Shown one piece after another: positions 40,105 through 50,230 of a DNA stretch of 64,000 nt. Positions within the stretch are counted from its first letter, which is position 1, and each line of letters begins with the position of its first letter. The DNA lies in the NCBI GenBank assembly GCA_963737065.1, contig CAVTRC010000001.1:2048001-2112000 (forward strand), given 5' to 3'. This DNA comes from Candidatus Eremiobacteria bacterium (GTDB lineage Bacteria > Vulcanimicrobiota > Vulcanimicrobiia > Vulcanimicrobiales > Vulcanimicrobiaceae). The position numbers were made by a program, and so were the translations under genes. The notes under the pieces are model-generated. The model saw nothing but the letters and a program-made list of their open reading frames with translations. It had not been told where the DNA came from and ran no database searches.

Positions 40105-40827
40105 ATGTTCGTCAACTCCGCAACTGAACGCTCCTTAGACTTGATCTCCCAGCGCGCGGCGGACGTGTATAAAGCGTTTATTCCGGGCGCGCTACCCGAG
40201 CGCAGCGACGTCGAGACGAACGCGCCGCAGTCGCGCGTGGTATTCGATCCGCTTGCCGTCAGTGCACCGGGCGATGACTATTTCGTGACGTCCGACGAAC
40301 GCGGGCGAACGACGTATACGCGTGACGGTCAAATGCAGCTCGTGAACGGAACGCTGCTCGGAGCCAACGGGCGGCCGATGCTCGGATACACCGCGGACGG
40401 CGAGACCGCTTCGGAGTTGAAGGTCGATCCCGTGGACGAGGCACTCGGACGCATTCGCAACATGCGTGTCGAGGTGAATGGCAGCGTCGTATACGACCGC
40501 CGCACGGTCGATCCGCGCAGTGGGTATATGCAGGTTCAGCGCGTGCCCATCGGACGGCTTGCGCTTGCGCGTTTTCCGGCCGCAACGAAGTTCACGAATG
40601 CGGTCGATGGCACGGTTACGCCGCCGCCGGGTGTTGCGCCGCATCTCGGACGTGCCACCGACGGAAATTTCGGCGCGCTCGCGCCAATGCGGCGCGATGA
40701 AAGCCGCGTCGATCTCAACCGCAGCCTGGATCGGCTTCACGACGCGTACGTTGCGTTCGATGCGCTGGAAGCAGTACATAAGGCGCAAGGTCAAACCGGT
40801 AAAGTCGCAATGGATCTGCTGAAGTGA
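40105..40827 (+). CDS. short FlgE/FlgF/FlgG-family rod-hook protein
   Basis: PLAVSAPGDDYFV...YTRDGQM...L.GANGRPMLG, IGRLALARF and ESRVDL motifs. Confidence 0.75.
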   Translation: MFVNSATERSLDLISQRAADVYKAFIPGALPERSDVETNAPQSRVVFDPLAVSAPGDDYFVTSDERGRTTYTRDGQMQLVNGTLLGANGRPMLGYTADGETASELKVDPVDEALGRIRNMRVEVNGSVVYDRRTVDPRSGYMQVQRVPIGRLALARFPAATKFTNAVDGTVTPPPGVAPHLGRATDGNFGALAPMRRDESRVDLNRSLDRLHDAYVAFDALEAVHKAQGQTGKVAMDLLK

Positions 40828-41598
40828 TGCGCCGCGTTCGACCGATGGTCTTTGAAACGCGCACCGCGTTTCCGGTTTCCGCTGCCTGCGTCGTCGCAAA
40901 TGGAGTGCGCGAGACGCTTTGCGCGCTATTGCAGTCGACGGTCGAACTGCGCCTCTTCGAACCGACGGTACCATCGAAGAACGGCTGGCGCGCGATCGTC
41001 GACGGTGCGCGTCTCTATCGCGTTGCCGGAACGCGCGCGAACGCGGCGATCGTCATACGCCCGGCTGCCTGCATTGCGCTCGCGACGGCGGCGTTCGGAG
41101 AAACGGGAAGCGGTGCGCGTCCGCTCTCGAGCGTGGAAACGACCGTTCTCGATCGTATCGTGAACGCCGTAGCGGCAAATTTCGCCGCCGTCTGCGGCGC
41201 GCGTCCCGAGGGAGTCGTCCCCCAACCGGTCACCGACATCGACGGATTCCTTACATATTTCGAACTCGCGCTCGAACGGCCGGTGCCGGCTTCGATCGGC
41301 GTAGCGGTTCAAACCTACGCTCAGCGCCGAACGCAACGGCGGCCTCCGTGTCGAGGATTTGCTCGACGTCGAGATCGAGTTGCGCGTTTGCACCGAGGGA
41401 ACGATCGTTCCGATTGGGGAGCTAGCGGCAGTACAGCCTGGCGTAATCGTGCCGATTACTGTATCAACCGGCCTAACCGCCGTCGCAACCATCGCTGGGA
41501 GGCCACTTGCCCGTGGGGAATGCGGCGTCCGGGGCAACCGGTTTGCTTTGGCGATCGGACTCTCGCCATGCATTGAAAGGGGAAGCGAACCGGAATGA
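40824..41598 (+). CDS. FliM-like C-ring protein; frameshift(s) around 41315-41350
   Basis: [15 protein letters not shown] (FliM middle domain) and a C-terminal SPOA-like segment in the 41359..41598 frame. Confidence 0.6.
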
Positions 41599-41870
41599 TG
41601 ACTGTCGATACAAAGAAAGTGAAGGACCGCGCTAACCTTGACGTGCTGATGCACGTGCCGCTCACCGTGACCGCCGAACTTGGAACATCGAAGATGTCCG
41701 TCGCGGAAGTCCTCAAATTGGGCACCGGTTCGATCGTCGAACTCGACCGCCTCGCCGGCGGCCCGGTCGATCTTCTTGTAAATAATAAGCTGATCGCGCG
41801 CGGCGAAGTCGTCGCGGTCGATGAGAACTTCGGCGTTCGCGTCACCGAGTTGATTTCGCGACCGATTTAA
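41595..41870 (+). CDS. fliN: FliN C-ring protein
   Basis: [21 protein letters not shown] and [19 protein letters not shown] motifs. Confidence 0.95.
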   Translation: MMTVDTKKVKDRANLDVLMHVPLTVTAELGTSKMSVAEVLKLGTGSIVELDRLAGGPVDLLVNNKLIARGEVVAVDENFGVRVTELISRPI

Positions 41871-41941
41871 CGGCACGCGCGTTCACGCCGTTGCAATAAT
41901 GGGTTCACGCAAGGGTGACGCGTACGCGTCACCCTTGTTGC

Positions 41942-42598
41942 ATGGATGGACTGTTCGCCCTTGCCCATCACGCGGGAGGGACTCTTCCGCTAGACATCCT
42001 CGTCAGTCTGACGCTCCTTTCGGTCGTTCCGTTTTTGTTGATGATGTGCTCGTCGTTCGTGCGCATCGTCGTCGTCCTCTCGCTCGTGCGCTCGGCGATC
42101 GGAACGTCGTCGCTTCCTCCAAACGCGGTTCTTTCGGGACTCGCTCTCGTGCTCACGTTCGTCGTCATGGCGCCGACATTCAGGCAGATTACACGCGACG
42201 CAATCGATCCGTACGCGCACGGCCGGCTTTCGCAATCGCAAGCGCTCGATCGCGCGACGCAGCCGCTTCGTGGCTTTATGTTGCGTCAGACACGCGTGAG
42301 CGATATCGAACTCTTCGAACGCGTTGCCCACGAACGTAGCGGCCCTCCGTCCACGGCGCCGCTGCTTGTCCTCGTGCCGGCGTTCGTGGTCGGCGAACTG
42401 CGCAGCGCGTTCGCGATCGGTTTCGCGCTGTATCTGCCGTTCGTCGCGATCGATTTGGCGGTTTCCGCAATGCTGATGGCACTCGGCATGATGATGCTCA
42501 GTCCGCCCGTCGTTTCATTGCCGGTGAAGCTGCTGCTTTTCGTCATGGTCGACGGCTGGGCGCTCGTGTGCGGAGGCGTGACCGCCTCATTTCGGTAA
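41942..42598 (+). CDS. fliP: export gate protein FliP/SctR
   Basis: SFVRIVVVLSLVRSAIG..PPN, LVPAF..EL..AF and PVKLLLFVMVDGW motifs. Confidence 0.92.
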   Translation: MDGLFALAHHAGGTLPLDILVSLTLLSVVPFLLMMCSSFVRIVVVLSLVRSAIGTSSLPPNAVLSGLALVLTFVVMAPTFRQITRDAIDPYAHGRLSQSQALDRATQPLRGFMLRQTRVSDIELFERVAHERSGPPSTAPLLVLVPAFVVGELRSAFAIGFALYLPFVAIDLAVSAMLMALGMMMLSPPVVSLPVKLLLFVMVDGWALVCGGVTASFR

Positions 42599-42607
42599 AG
42601 AAAGCCC

Positions 42608-43504
42608 ATGCGAATCTCCGATGCGCTCGCGACGGTCCGGCCGTTCTTTTCGTTCGAATTCTTTCCGCCGAAGGACGATGCCGGATCGCAGCAACTCTTT
42701 GCCGCGATTGAAGCACTCGCGCCGCTTCGGCCCGCGTTCGTTTCGATCACGTACGGCGCGGGCGGATCATCGCGCCACCGTACCGTCGCGCTTGCGAAAC
42801 AAATTCAAGCCGAAATCGGACTGACGGTCATGGCGCATGTCACGTGCGTCGGCTCGTCACGCGCGGACCTGCGCGAACTCTTTGACGATCTCGCTGTCGC
42901 CGGCATCGAAAACGTCCTTGCTCTTCGCGGCGATCCGCCAAAAGGGGCAACCGAATTTAAAACGCCGCCCGGCGGCTTCTCGCATGCAACGGAACTGATC
43001 GCGATGCTGCGCCGCAACTACGATTTCTGCATCGGCGCCGCGTGTTATCCGGAAGTCCACGTGGAAGCGCCTGACGCAGACACCGATCTGCGCCATCTCA
43101 AAGAAAAAGTCGACGCGGGCGCCGAGTTCCTCATCACCCAACTGTTTTTCAACAACGACCGATTCGCCGCGTTCGACCGCCAAGCGCGGTCGCTCGGCAT
43201 CAACGTTCCGATTCTCCCGGGCTTGATGCCGATCACGAACTCCCAGCAAATCTCACGTTTCACGTCAGCGATTGGCGCAACAATTCCACCGAAGCTCCTA
43301 CGCGAGCTCGAGCTGCGCGCGCAAGACGGCAAAGCGGTGGAAGATCTCGGCGTGGCATACGCGGCGTTACAAGCCACGGAACTGCTGCAGCACGGCGCCG
43401 CCGGTATCCATTTCTACACGCTTAACCGCTCACCGGCGACACGCGCTATCGTCTCAGCACTGATAGCAGGCAGCGCGTGGCGTCCGCTATTCGCGCTTCG
43501 CTAG
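42608..43504 (+). CDS. metF: 5,10-methylenetetrahydrofolate reductase
   Basis: SFEFFPPK, SITYGAGG, LALRGDPP, ITQLFF and HFYTLN motifs. Confidence 0.95.
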   Translation: MRISDALATVRPFFSFEFFPPKDDAGSQQLFAAIEALAPLRPAFVSITYGAGGSSRHRTVALAKQIQAEIGLTVMAHVTCVGSSRADLRELFDDLAVAGIENVLALRGDPPKGATEFKTPPGGFSHATELIAMLRRNYDFCIGAACYPEVHVEAPDADTDLRHLKEKVDAGAEFLITQLFFNNDRFAAFDRQARSLGINVPILPGLMPITNSQQISRFTSAIGATIPPKLLRELELRAQDGKAVEDLGVAYAALQATELLQHGAAGIHFYTLNRSPATRAIVSALIAGSAWRPLFALR

Positions 43505-43523
43505 TTCGCAAGACCGCACGCGC

Positions 43524-44207
43524 TTACTCGATGTGAATGCCGAGCTCGGTTCGCAGCGTCATGTTTCCGTCTGACGTAATGTCGAGCGACCGGTCTCGCG
43601 GATTACGGCGGACCCACTGGTGTGCGACAAATCCATCCAGCAGCGCCGCGCCGAGCGCGCCGGCGACGTGGTGACGCCGCTCGGTCCAATCCATGCACGC
43701 GCGCGCGAAATGTCGACGGCTCGTCCGTACGCTGTCCAGATCGATTCCTATGTTGGCGAAGAACGATTCGCCGTTGCGCGTGATGGTAAACGTGTCGTCA
43801 CGCGGCGACAGGAAGCGGCGCCCGGTGAGCGCCTCCGTGACCGCAACGCCCAACCGCCCCGCGAGGTGATCGTAGCACGAGCGAGCGCGTCGAAGACGCT
43901 GCATTGCGGTGTGTTGGTTCAGCGAAGTCACCGGTGCGGCGGGCGCAATGGATGCAAGTACTTCGATGGCGTGCGCGATGTCGGGCGACGCTAAACGGAA
44001 CAGCCGCTGACGACCCGCGTTGCGCGCGGAGATCAACCCGCCGTCATTGAGTTTCGCAAGATGTGCGCTCGCCGCTTGCGGCGATGCATCGCCGCGAAAC
44101 GCCAGCTCGGAAGCGGTTCGTTCGCAGCCGTCCAGAAGTGCGAAGAGCATCTTCGCACGCACCGGATCGCCGATCAACGCCGCAACTTTCGCCACGTTTG
44201 GTAACAT
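43524..44207 (-). CDS. ArsR/SmtB family regulator, long form
   Basis: IGDPVRAKML, ASAHLAKL, ARSCYDHLAGRLG and CMDWTERRHH motifs. Confidence 0.9.
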   Translation of the reverse strand: MLPNVAKVAALIGDPVRAKMLFALLDGCERTASELAFRGDASPQAASAHLAKLNDGGLISARNAGRQRLFRLASPDIAHAIEVLASIAPAAPVTSLNQHTAMQRLRRARSCYDHLAGRLGVAVTEALTGRRFLSPRDDTFTITRNGESFFANIGIDLDSVRTSRRHFARACMDWTERRHHVAGALGAALLDGFVAHQWVRRNPRDRSLDITSDGNMTLRTELGIHIE

Positions 44208-44219
44208 GGCGCGATTGTA

Positions 44220-46931
44220 TCATGTCAATGCTTCAGGTCTGCGTGAAACGAGAGGTTCGCGAGCTTTCGATTTGCCGCCCCCGATCGCCCGGCGCGCGAG
44301 TTGGAAAACCGCCGTCGGATCCAGTTGCGCGCCACGCTGATGCTGTTCTTCGAACCATGCGTGCGAGTGACGCTCGGTGACGCTGCACACCACGTCCGCG
44401 CGCGCATCGCGCTCGGTCTCGATCAACGGGAACTTTAGGCGCAGCCGCAACGCGTCCACCCCGCCGAAGAGCTGCGCCGCGAGCTCGTCATCGCCGCGAT
44501 GGCAGAGCAGTCGTGCAGCGGCTTCAAGCGCGTCCGGCAGTTGCAGCGATAAATTGTGCTCCCGGATGATCGTCAGACTTTCGTCGATGCACCGTTCGGC
44601 TTCCGCGTAGTTCCCGTCGAGCAACTCGACCTCGGCAAGGTGATTCAAACCGCTCGTGATCAAGAAGTAGTATTGCATCGACCGTCCGATCGCAATCGAT
44701 TGTTTGTATTCATCGCGTGCGAGAGCGAGTTCGCCGCTCTGATGCGCGACGTTTCCGAGAGCGCCATGCGCCCACATCAACAGGAGACGATTGCCCGTTC
44801 GCTCGCACAACGTTATCGCTTCACCGGCCGCGTCGCGCGCGGAATCATACTCTCGCAAAGCCGTGTTGCAAAAGCTTAGGTTGATCAGGCACTTCGCGGT
44901 GGTGACGTGATCCGATCCTTCTTCGAAGATGTCAAGCGCGCGTACGAGCAACGACCGGCCGCGCTCGTGATCTCCGGTATTCATGACGATGCCGCCGAAC
45001 GCAACGAGTGCATCGGCCAGTCCGGCGCGATCGGGCAACAGTTCTCGAAGTCGGACGCTTTCTTCGCCGTCGCGGAGCGCGGCATCGGTTTCACCGTGCG
45101 CTTTGCGCAGATCTGCTGCGCGGCTGAGCAGCAGTGCGCGGACGCTTTCATCGGCAATTCCGGCCCGTTCGATCGCCTCGAGAATATCGGCGCCCTCGCC
45201 GTAAAAGCTGCGCACGAGCCAAAACGGCATGAGCTCGAGCGCGAGCGCGACGCATTCGTCGCGGCGCTGGACGACGGCCCACGATAACGCCCCAACAACG
45301 TCGGCATGCGACGTCACGAGTTCTTCGATACACGTCGAACGGCTTTGCGCGTCCGCCCGAGCAAACGCATCGATCTTGCGCGAGAAGTAACGGAAGTACC
45401 GTTCCTCGAGTTCATCTCGACCCGCTGAACTATCCAGTTGTTCGAGCGCGTAGGTGCGAATTACGTGCAGCAGACGGAAACACGCATGTTCCTGATGCGC
45501 GTCTTTCGTGACGAACGACTTCTCCACGAGCGCGGTCAACGTATCGAGGACTAGCGCGGCGGGAAGCCGCTCGTCTGCGCAAACCGCTTCGACGGCGTCA
45601 ATGCCGAACGCAGCGCGGAAGATCGCAAGCCGTGCAAAGAGCAGCCGCTCGGGCTCATCGAGCAGGTTGTAGCTCCATTCGATTGCCGCGCGCAGCGTGC
45701 GGTGGCGTCCGTCTTCCTTCTTGTCGCTGACCAGCAATGCGAATTGCTCGTCGAGACGCTGAACGACTTGACGCGGCGAGAGCGTACGAAGCCGTGCGGC
45801 CGCAAATTCGAGTGCGAGCGGAATGCCGTCGAGCCGTTCGCAAATTTTGATGAGGTCCGGTGCATTTTTTTCGGTGATTTTGAATGTGTCGTCGTGCGCC
45901 TTGGCCCGGTCGAAGATCAACCGCATGGCGTCGGAGCGGCGCACTTCTTCGAGCGGCATGTTGTCGCGCGGCAGCTGAAGCGGCGCAATGGAATAGACTT
46001 GTTCGCCGGGCAGATAAAGTCGTTCACGGCTGGTGACGAGAAGCTTGACGAATGAGGCAACCTTCAATATCTGCGAGGCGAATTCGGCGATCGCTTCTAG
46101 ATATTGCTCGGAGTCGTCCAAGATCAGGAGCGTTTCGTGACCGCCGAGGTGCTGTACGATCGTTTGGAGTGGGTCGCGTCCGGCGATCTCCAAGCTCATC
46201 GTGTTTGCAACGGCGACCGCGACGTCCGTCGTCAGCGCTTCGCTGACCGGTATGAACCATGTTCCGCCTGGAAAGTTCGGCAAGACGTTGTTCGCGAGTT
46301 GAATCGCGAGCCGTGTCTTTCCAACGCCGCCCGGGCCGACGATCGAAAGAAGGCGCTTCGCGCGCAGCACCGATTGCAGGTGCTTGAGTTCGCTCTTTCG
46401 TCCGACGAACGTGGAGAGCTGATTCGGAATATTGTTCGGAGCGATCTCGCCGAAGCGCGAACGGCGCGCGTCGCCTGCGCGCTGATCGATTGCCTCGATG
46501 AGCGCCGCCATATGGACGTCGAAATCGCGCGCTTCATCGACGCGCGCAGCATTCAGTGCTGCGAACCACTCCAGGCCTGCGGGAAGATCGCGCTCTGCCG
46601 GCATGCGAGCGTTGTGCACCAATACCGGTAGAATGGCGGTTCCCGCGGCGGCGGCCGTTTCGATCTCGAGGCGAACGGGGTCGTCCGCCTCGTGAATTCG
46701 GGAGAGCTGCTTACCGCGCGGACCGCGCCATTTCGGGCCCACGACGACGAGCAGAACGTCGGTTTTCTCCAGCGTGTGCGCGATGTAGTCGTGAAAATTT
46801 TCGCCGAACGGAATACGGTCGATGTCGATGAACACCGATTCGCTTCCGTAATTCTGCGTGAGCCGGTCGAAAATCGCGCGGCAAATCGCCGCGGAGTCGG
46901 CTCGCCGGTACGATATCGCGATGCGCCTCAT
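44220..46931 (-). CDS. TIR - STAND/NB-ARC-like ATPase - TPR protein
   Basis: N-terminal ISYRRADS...VRLEIE TIR domain; FVGR, GPGGVGKT, LLILDD, VTSRE and DGIPLALE ATPase motifs; C-terminal TPR-like helices. Confidence 0.85.
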   Translation of the reverse strand: MRRIAISYRRADSAAICRAIFDRLTQNYGSESVFIDIDRIPFGENFHDYIAHTLEKTDVLLVVVGPKWRGPRGKQLSRIHEADDPVRLEIETAAAAGTAILPVLVHNARMPAERDLPAGLEWFAALNAARVDEARDFDVHMAALIEAIDQRAGDARRSRFGEIAPNNIPNQLSTFVGRKSELKHLQSVLRAKRLLSIVGPGGVGKTRLAIQLANNVLPNFPGGTWFIPVSEALTTDVAVAVANTMSLEIAGRDPLQTIVQHLGGHETLLILDDSEQYLEAIAEFASQILKVASFVKLLVTSRERLYLPGEQVYSIAPLQLPRDNMPLEEVRRSDAMRLIFDRAKAHDDTFKITEKNAPDLIKICERLDGIPLALEFAAARLRTLSPRQVVQRLDEQFALLVSDKKEDGRHRTLRAAIEWSYNLLDEPERLLFARLAIFRAAFGIDAVEAVCADERLPAALVLDTLTALVEKSFVTKDAHQEHACFRLLHVIRTYALEQLDSSAGRDELEERYFRYFSRKIDAFARADAQSRSTCIEELVTSHADVVGALSWAVVQRRDECVALALELMPFWLVRSFYGEGADILEAIERAGIADESVRALLLSRAADLRKAHGETDAALRDGEESVRLRELLPDRAGLADALVAFGGIVMNTGDHERGRSLLVRALDIFEEGSDHVTTAKCLINLSFCNTALREYDSARDAAGEAITLCERTGNRLLLMWAHGALGNVAHQSGELALARDEYKQSIAIGRSMQYYFLITSGLNHLAEVELLDGNYAEAERCIDESLTIIREHNLSLQLPDALEAAARLLCHRGDDELAAQLFGGVDALRLRLKFPLIETERDARADVVCSVTERHSHAWFEEQHQRGAQLDPTAVFQLARRAIGGGKSKAREPLVSRRPEALT

Positions 46932-46995
46932 GTCCGAGTCCGCTAGAAAACGAGCACAGACGAGTGATACGACAGAGGGGGCGCGGTACTCTTTG

Positions 46996-48225
46996 TTAGA
47001 GTGACGCGGCCCCTAGCGCGATGTTCTCAGCGAAGAAGACATCCGTGCGCGGGCACGCGTTCTGTCCCTGGACGCAGCCTACGATGCCGAGCGGATTTCC
47101 GCGGGTGGTCACCCGGAGAATCGTCAGTTGAAGCGTCGCCGGCGTAACGTAGCCGACCCGCTTGCCGTCTTTCTCGGTGAACCACATGCGACCAATACTA
47201 TCCGGCGTAATGCTTACAGGTGTTTGCCCGTTTCCATTGTTCGGCAACGCAATGAGCGACGGACTATTTCCGCCGGTCGGGACCTCACCGATCGAATTGA
47301 GTCCATCGTCGGTGAACCAAATTGCGCTCGAGCCGGCCGCGATTGCGCTAATGTGCGATTTATTCGGGAGCGCGAAAGAATGAACGATCTGGCCGGTGGA
47401 TGGGCTCACGGCGTAGAGAATCGACGGATTGTTCGCGGTGCCGTTTTTGCTTCCGTTGAGCGAGGGATCCGTCGCGACCCAAAGATTTCCGTCGGGTCCG
47501 ACCGCGGACGCGCCCAGCGGATGCGTGAACACCGGTGAGACGCACCCGACGCCGATGCCCAACAAGAAACCTTGCCACCCGGCGGGCGTAAAATGATCGC
47601 CGACGACGAACACGCTCGTGCCGCCGGCCGAAGCGAGTGAAACCCATTTATCGCCGTAGTTTCCGCTACGGAGCAGGCTCCATGTTTCCGTCGGAATGTT
47701 GTATTGCTCAAGCAGCGGCTGCGATGACGGCGTCGGCACCGGTCCGGCCGCGAGCGGCATCTCCAAGGCCGAGGCCGTGGTTCCATTCGTCGTCGTTCCG
47801 AGCGCCGTAACGGTCGATCCGGCGGCGATCAGCACGCCCGAGGGGCCGCTGTTTTTCGGAACCGAGGTCCACGTTTGACGGGTACGCGACTGAGCGGCTG
47901 GGCTCGGCGATGGGAGCAAATCCAGGTTCGAGTCGAAAATGTCGACGCCCGTTGCCGTCGTCGCATAGATCTTCTGATCGGAACCGACCGCGATGCCGCC
48001 GAGCAGTTCGTCTTTTGTGGTCTTCTCTCGAATGGTATTGCAACCGCACGGACTCGATGACGGCGTGGCCGTCGCCTCGGCACCGGGTGCCGGATTGCCG
48101 CTCCCGGATCCGCCGTTGTTTGAGTTCACGGGCGCGGGCGGTGCCGGTGAACCGCCGCCGCATGCAACTAACGAACAAGATACACCCGCAATGAAAAGAA
48201 AAAGGACCAGAGCACGTCGGGACAT
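46996..48225 (-). CDS. lipoprotein with Vgb-like beta-propeller repeats
   Basis: LVAC lipobox; GPDGNLWV, AIWFTD and GRMWFTE repeats. Confidence 0.7.
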   Translation of the reverse strand: MSRRALVLFLFIAGVSCSLVACGGGSPAPPAPVNSNNGGSGSGNPAPGAEATATPSSSPCGCNTIREKTTKDELLGGIAVGSDQKIYATTATGVDIFDSNLDLLPSPSPAAQSRTRQTWTSVPKNSGPSGVLIAAGSTVTALGTTTNGTTASALEMPLAAGPVPTPSSQPLLEQYNIPTETWSLLRSGNYGDKWVSLASAGGTSVFVVGDHFTPAGWQGFLLGIGVGCVSPVFTHPLGASAVGPDGNLWVATDPSLNGSKNGTANNPSILYAVSPSTGQIVHSFALPNKSHISAIAAGSSAIWFTDDGLNSIGEVPTGGNSPSLIALPNNGNGQTPVSITPDSIGRMWFTEKDGKRVGYVTPATLQLTILRVTTRGNPLGIVGCVQGQNACPRTDVFFAENIALGAASL

Positions 48226-48334
48226 GGGACGAGCCTCCGTCAAATAGACTGCCATGCTAACCGTAGCCCGCAGTGTACGCGTGCGTATCGTAACGAACGT
48301 CCCGATAGGTATAGGGCCTAAGGGGAACCGCTTG

Positions 48335-49888
48335 CTATGTGTCCGGCATCTCTATCGGGCGTTCGCGATGCGCGAGCAGCCAATCGGCGTTCTCGGATAA
48401 CGCTTCACGTGCAAGCGAACGGAATAGTGCGCGCGCGGCCTCCGGCTCCTGGTCTTCCCGCTGCAACATCTCCCGCAGCTCTTTCGCGGCCGAGCGGTAG
48501 AGGTCCGACATGCGCGCGTATTCGCGCGCGTGGTACGCCCATGCCGACCGATCGGCATACCCATGAATCAAGGCAGACAACGCCGCGAAAACCGATATAA
48601 AAAATATGATGAATTCGCGCGCGTGATCCACACGCAACGGCACCAGCTCGTTCGCGACCAGCGCGAGCGTTAAAATGCTCACCGCGAGAATCAATACGCC
48701 GCTCGCGCGCTGTGTGAGCGCGACGCGAGTTTCGTCACGCCTTTTCGCGCGCGCAAAAAAGCGCTGCTGATCTTCAACCCACGCCTCACGCGCATCGCGT
48801 GCGCGCTCGACCCATTGCTGCTCCTTCAGGTGACGTTCGGCATGCCACCCGTCATAGCGCGACGACGAGCGCAATGCTTTACGCACCCACTCGAGCTCCA
48901 CTTCATGCTTGCGTTCGTACAGCGCGCCGAGGTCGCTGCCGAGATCGAGTGCATTCCAAAATCGCTGGATTCGCAGCGCTTCGCTCAACGCCCGGTAGTC
49001 CTGACTTTTTGATTCATAGCGTCGAGCGCGCGCAGACGCCACGACGAAGAACGCGGCGGCGAACGAAATGAGGTTCGCGATGAGAAAGATAATGGGCGGA
49101 GCGCCCGAGCTCAGCGAGACGTCTAATTCGTATCCGAGGAGCGCTAACACCGCGGCCCCGATGAACGCAAAGGTGCAATCCAACGCGCGGTTCTGTTCTG
49201 CATGGAACCGCATCGCGAGTTCATCGGCAACTGCGAAAAGCGTTGGACGCGGCTGCACCGGAAAGTCGGCCTCGGCATCACGGTTGAATTCGTCGACACG
49301 CGACCACGTTGCCGGTTGCGGCATATGATGGGTTCGCGATATGCGCTGCTCGACGTTCGTCGAGCCGTTGCGTGAGACGATGATCCAATCAATCGGTTCG
49401 GTATTTGCGATGCGCGCGTCGACCACGTCGGCCGTCCCGCCCGCGCCGCGAGCGGGCAGACCGTCCCAGAGCGCGATCAGTAAATCGCTCGTACTCGCGA
49501 TAAAAGCGCCGAGTTCTGCATAGCGCTCGTCGTCTCCGATCGGCCCCGACGCGGTCGGTACGACGAAACTCGTCTTTGCTTGCGCAAGAAGCGCATCGAA
49601 CGATTCCAACGACCCCGGCGTCGTGAAGTCTTTTCGGTATTCATCAACACTCACCGGCAGCGGAACGATAAGTTCGAGCTCGAGCGCGAGCGCTGCCTCC
49701 GCGACGATCCGGTCGGCGCCCTCCGCGAGCGGTGAAAGCACAACGATCGGCGTGTGCGGATAATCGCGACCCAGTTGGCGTAGCCGCTCTGTCACTAAAT
49801 CTCGCGCCGCATCGACGTGCGCTTCCGCGACGTCCCGATGGCCGGTGACGCCGACAAGCAAGGGGATTGCGCCGTCTGAACTGGCCAT
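48335..49888 (-). CDS. SLOG (YpsA-like) domain fused to two 2-TM SLATT/DUF4231-like modules
   Basis: VGVTGHRD, SPLAEGADR and IALWDG...GGTADVV; TM pairs followed by DYRALSEALR and EAL.ENADW. Confidence 0.7.
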   Translation of the reverse strand: MASSDGAIPLLVGVTGHRDVAEAHVDAARDLVTERLRQLGRDYPHTPIVVLSPLAEGADRIVAEAALALELELIVPLPVSVDEYRKDFTTPGSLESFDALLAQAKTSFVVPTASGPIGDDERYAELGAFIASTSDLLIALWDGLPARGAGGTADVVDARIANTEPIDWIIVSRNGSTNVEQRISRTHHMPQPATWSRVDEFNRDAEADFPVQPRPTLFAVADELAMRFHAEQNRALDCTFAFIGAAVLALLGYELDVSLSSGAPPIIFLIANLISFAAAFFVVASARARRYESKSQDYRALSEALRIQRFWNALDLGSDLGALYERKHEVELEWVRKALRSSSRYDGWHAERHLKEQQWVERARDAREAWVEDQQRFFARAKRRDETRVALTQRASGVLILAVSILTLALVANELVPLRVDHAREFIIFFISVFAALSALIHGYADRSAWAYHAREYARMSDLYRSAAKELREMLQREDQEPEAARALFRSLAREALSENADWLLAHRERPIEMPDT

Positions 49889-49960
49889 TGATTCCTCGCG
49901 GACGTGAGGACGCGATATTCGCGCAATATTTTCGAAACGCCCGCACGATAGCGTCGGCGC

Positions 49961-50230
49961 ATGGATGGGTTTGCGGGACTGCTACGCGAGGCAATGGTTT
50001 TGGCGGCGGTGCTCTGCGTGCCGGTGCTCGGTGTTGCGGCTCTCGTTGGAACCGCGATCGCGGTCGTGCAAGCCGCAACGCAAATACAGGAGCAAACGTT
50101 GACACTGCTTCCCAAGATGCTTGCCGTCGGCTTCACGATCGCGCTCTTCGGCGGCTTTGCGATGCACGCGTGCGAAGCGCTCTTCCACCACGCGCTCGAT
50201 GCGATTCCCGCACTCGTGTACGGCCCGTGA
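49961..50230 (+). CDS. fliQ: export gate protein FliQ/SctS
   Basis: QAATQIQEQTLTLLPK motif. Confidence 0.92.
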   Translation: MDGFAGLLREAMVLAAVLCVPVLGVAALVGTAIAVVQAATQIQEQTLTLLPKMLAVGFTIALFGGFAMHACEALFHHALDAIPALVYGP

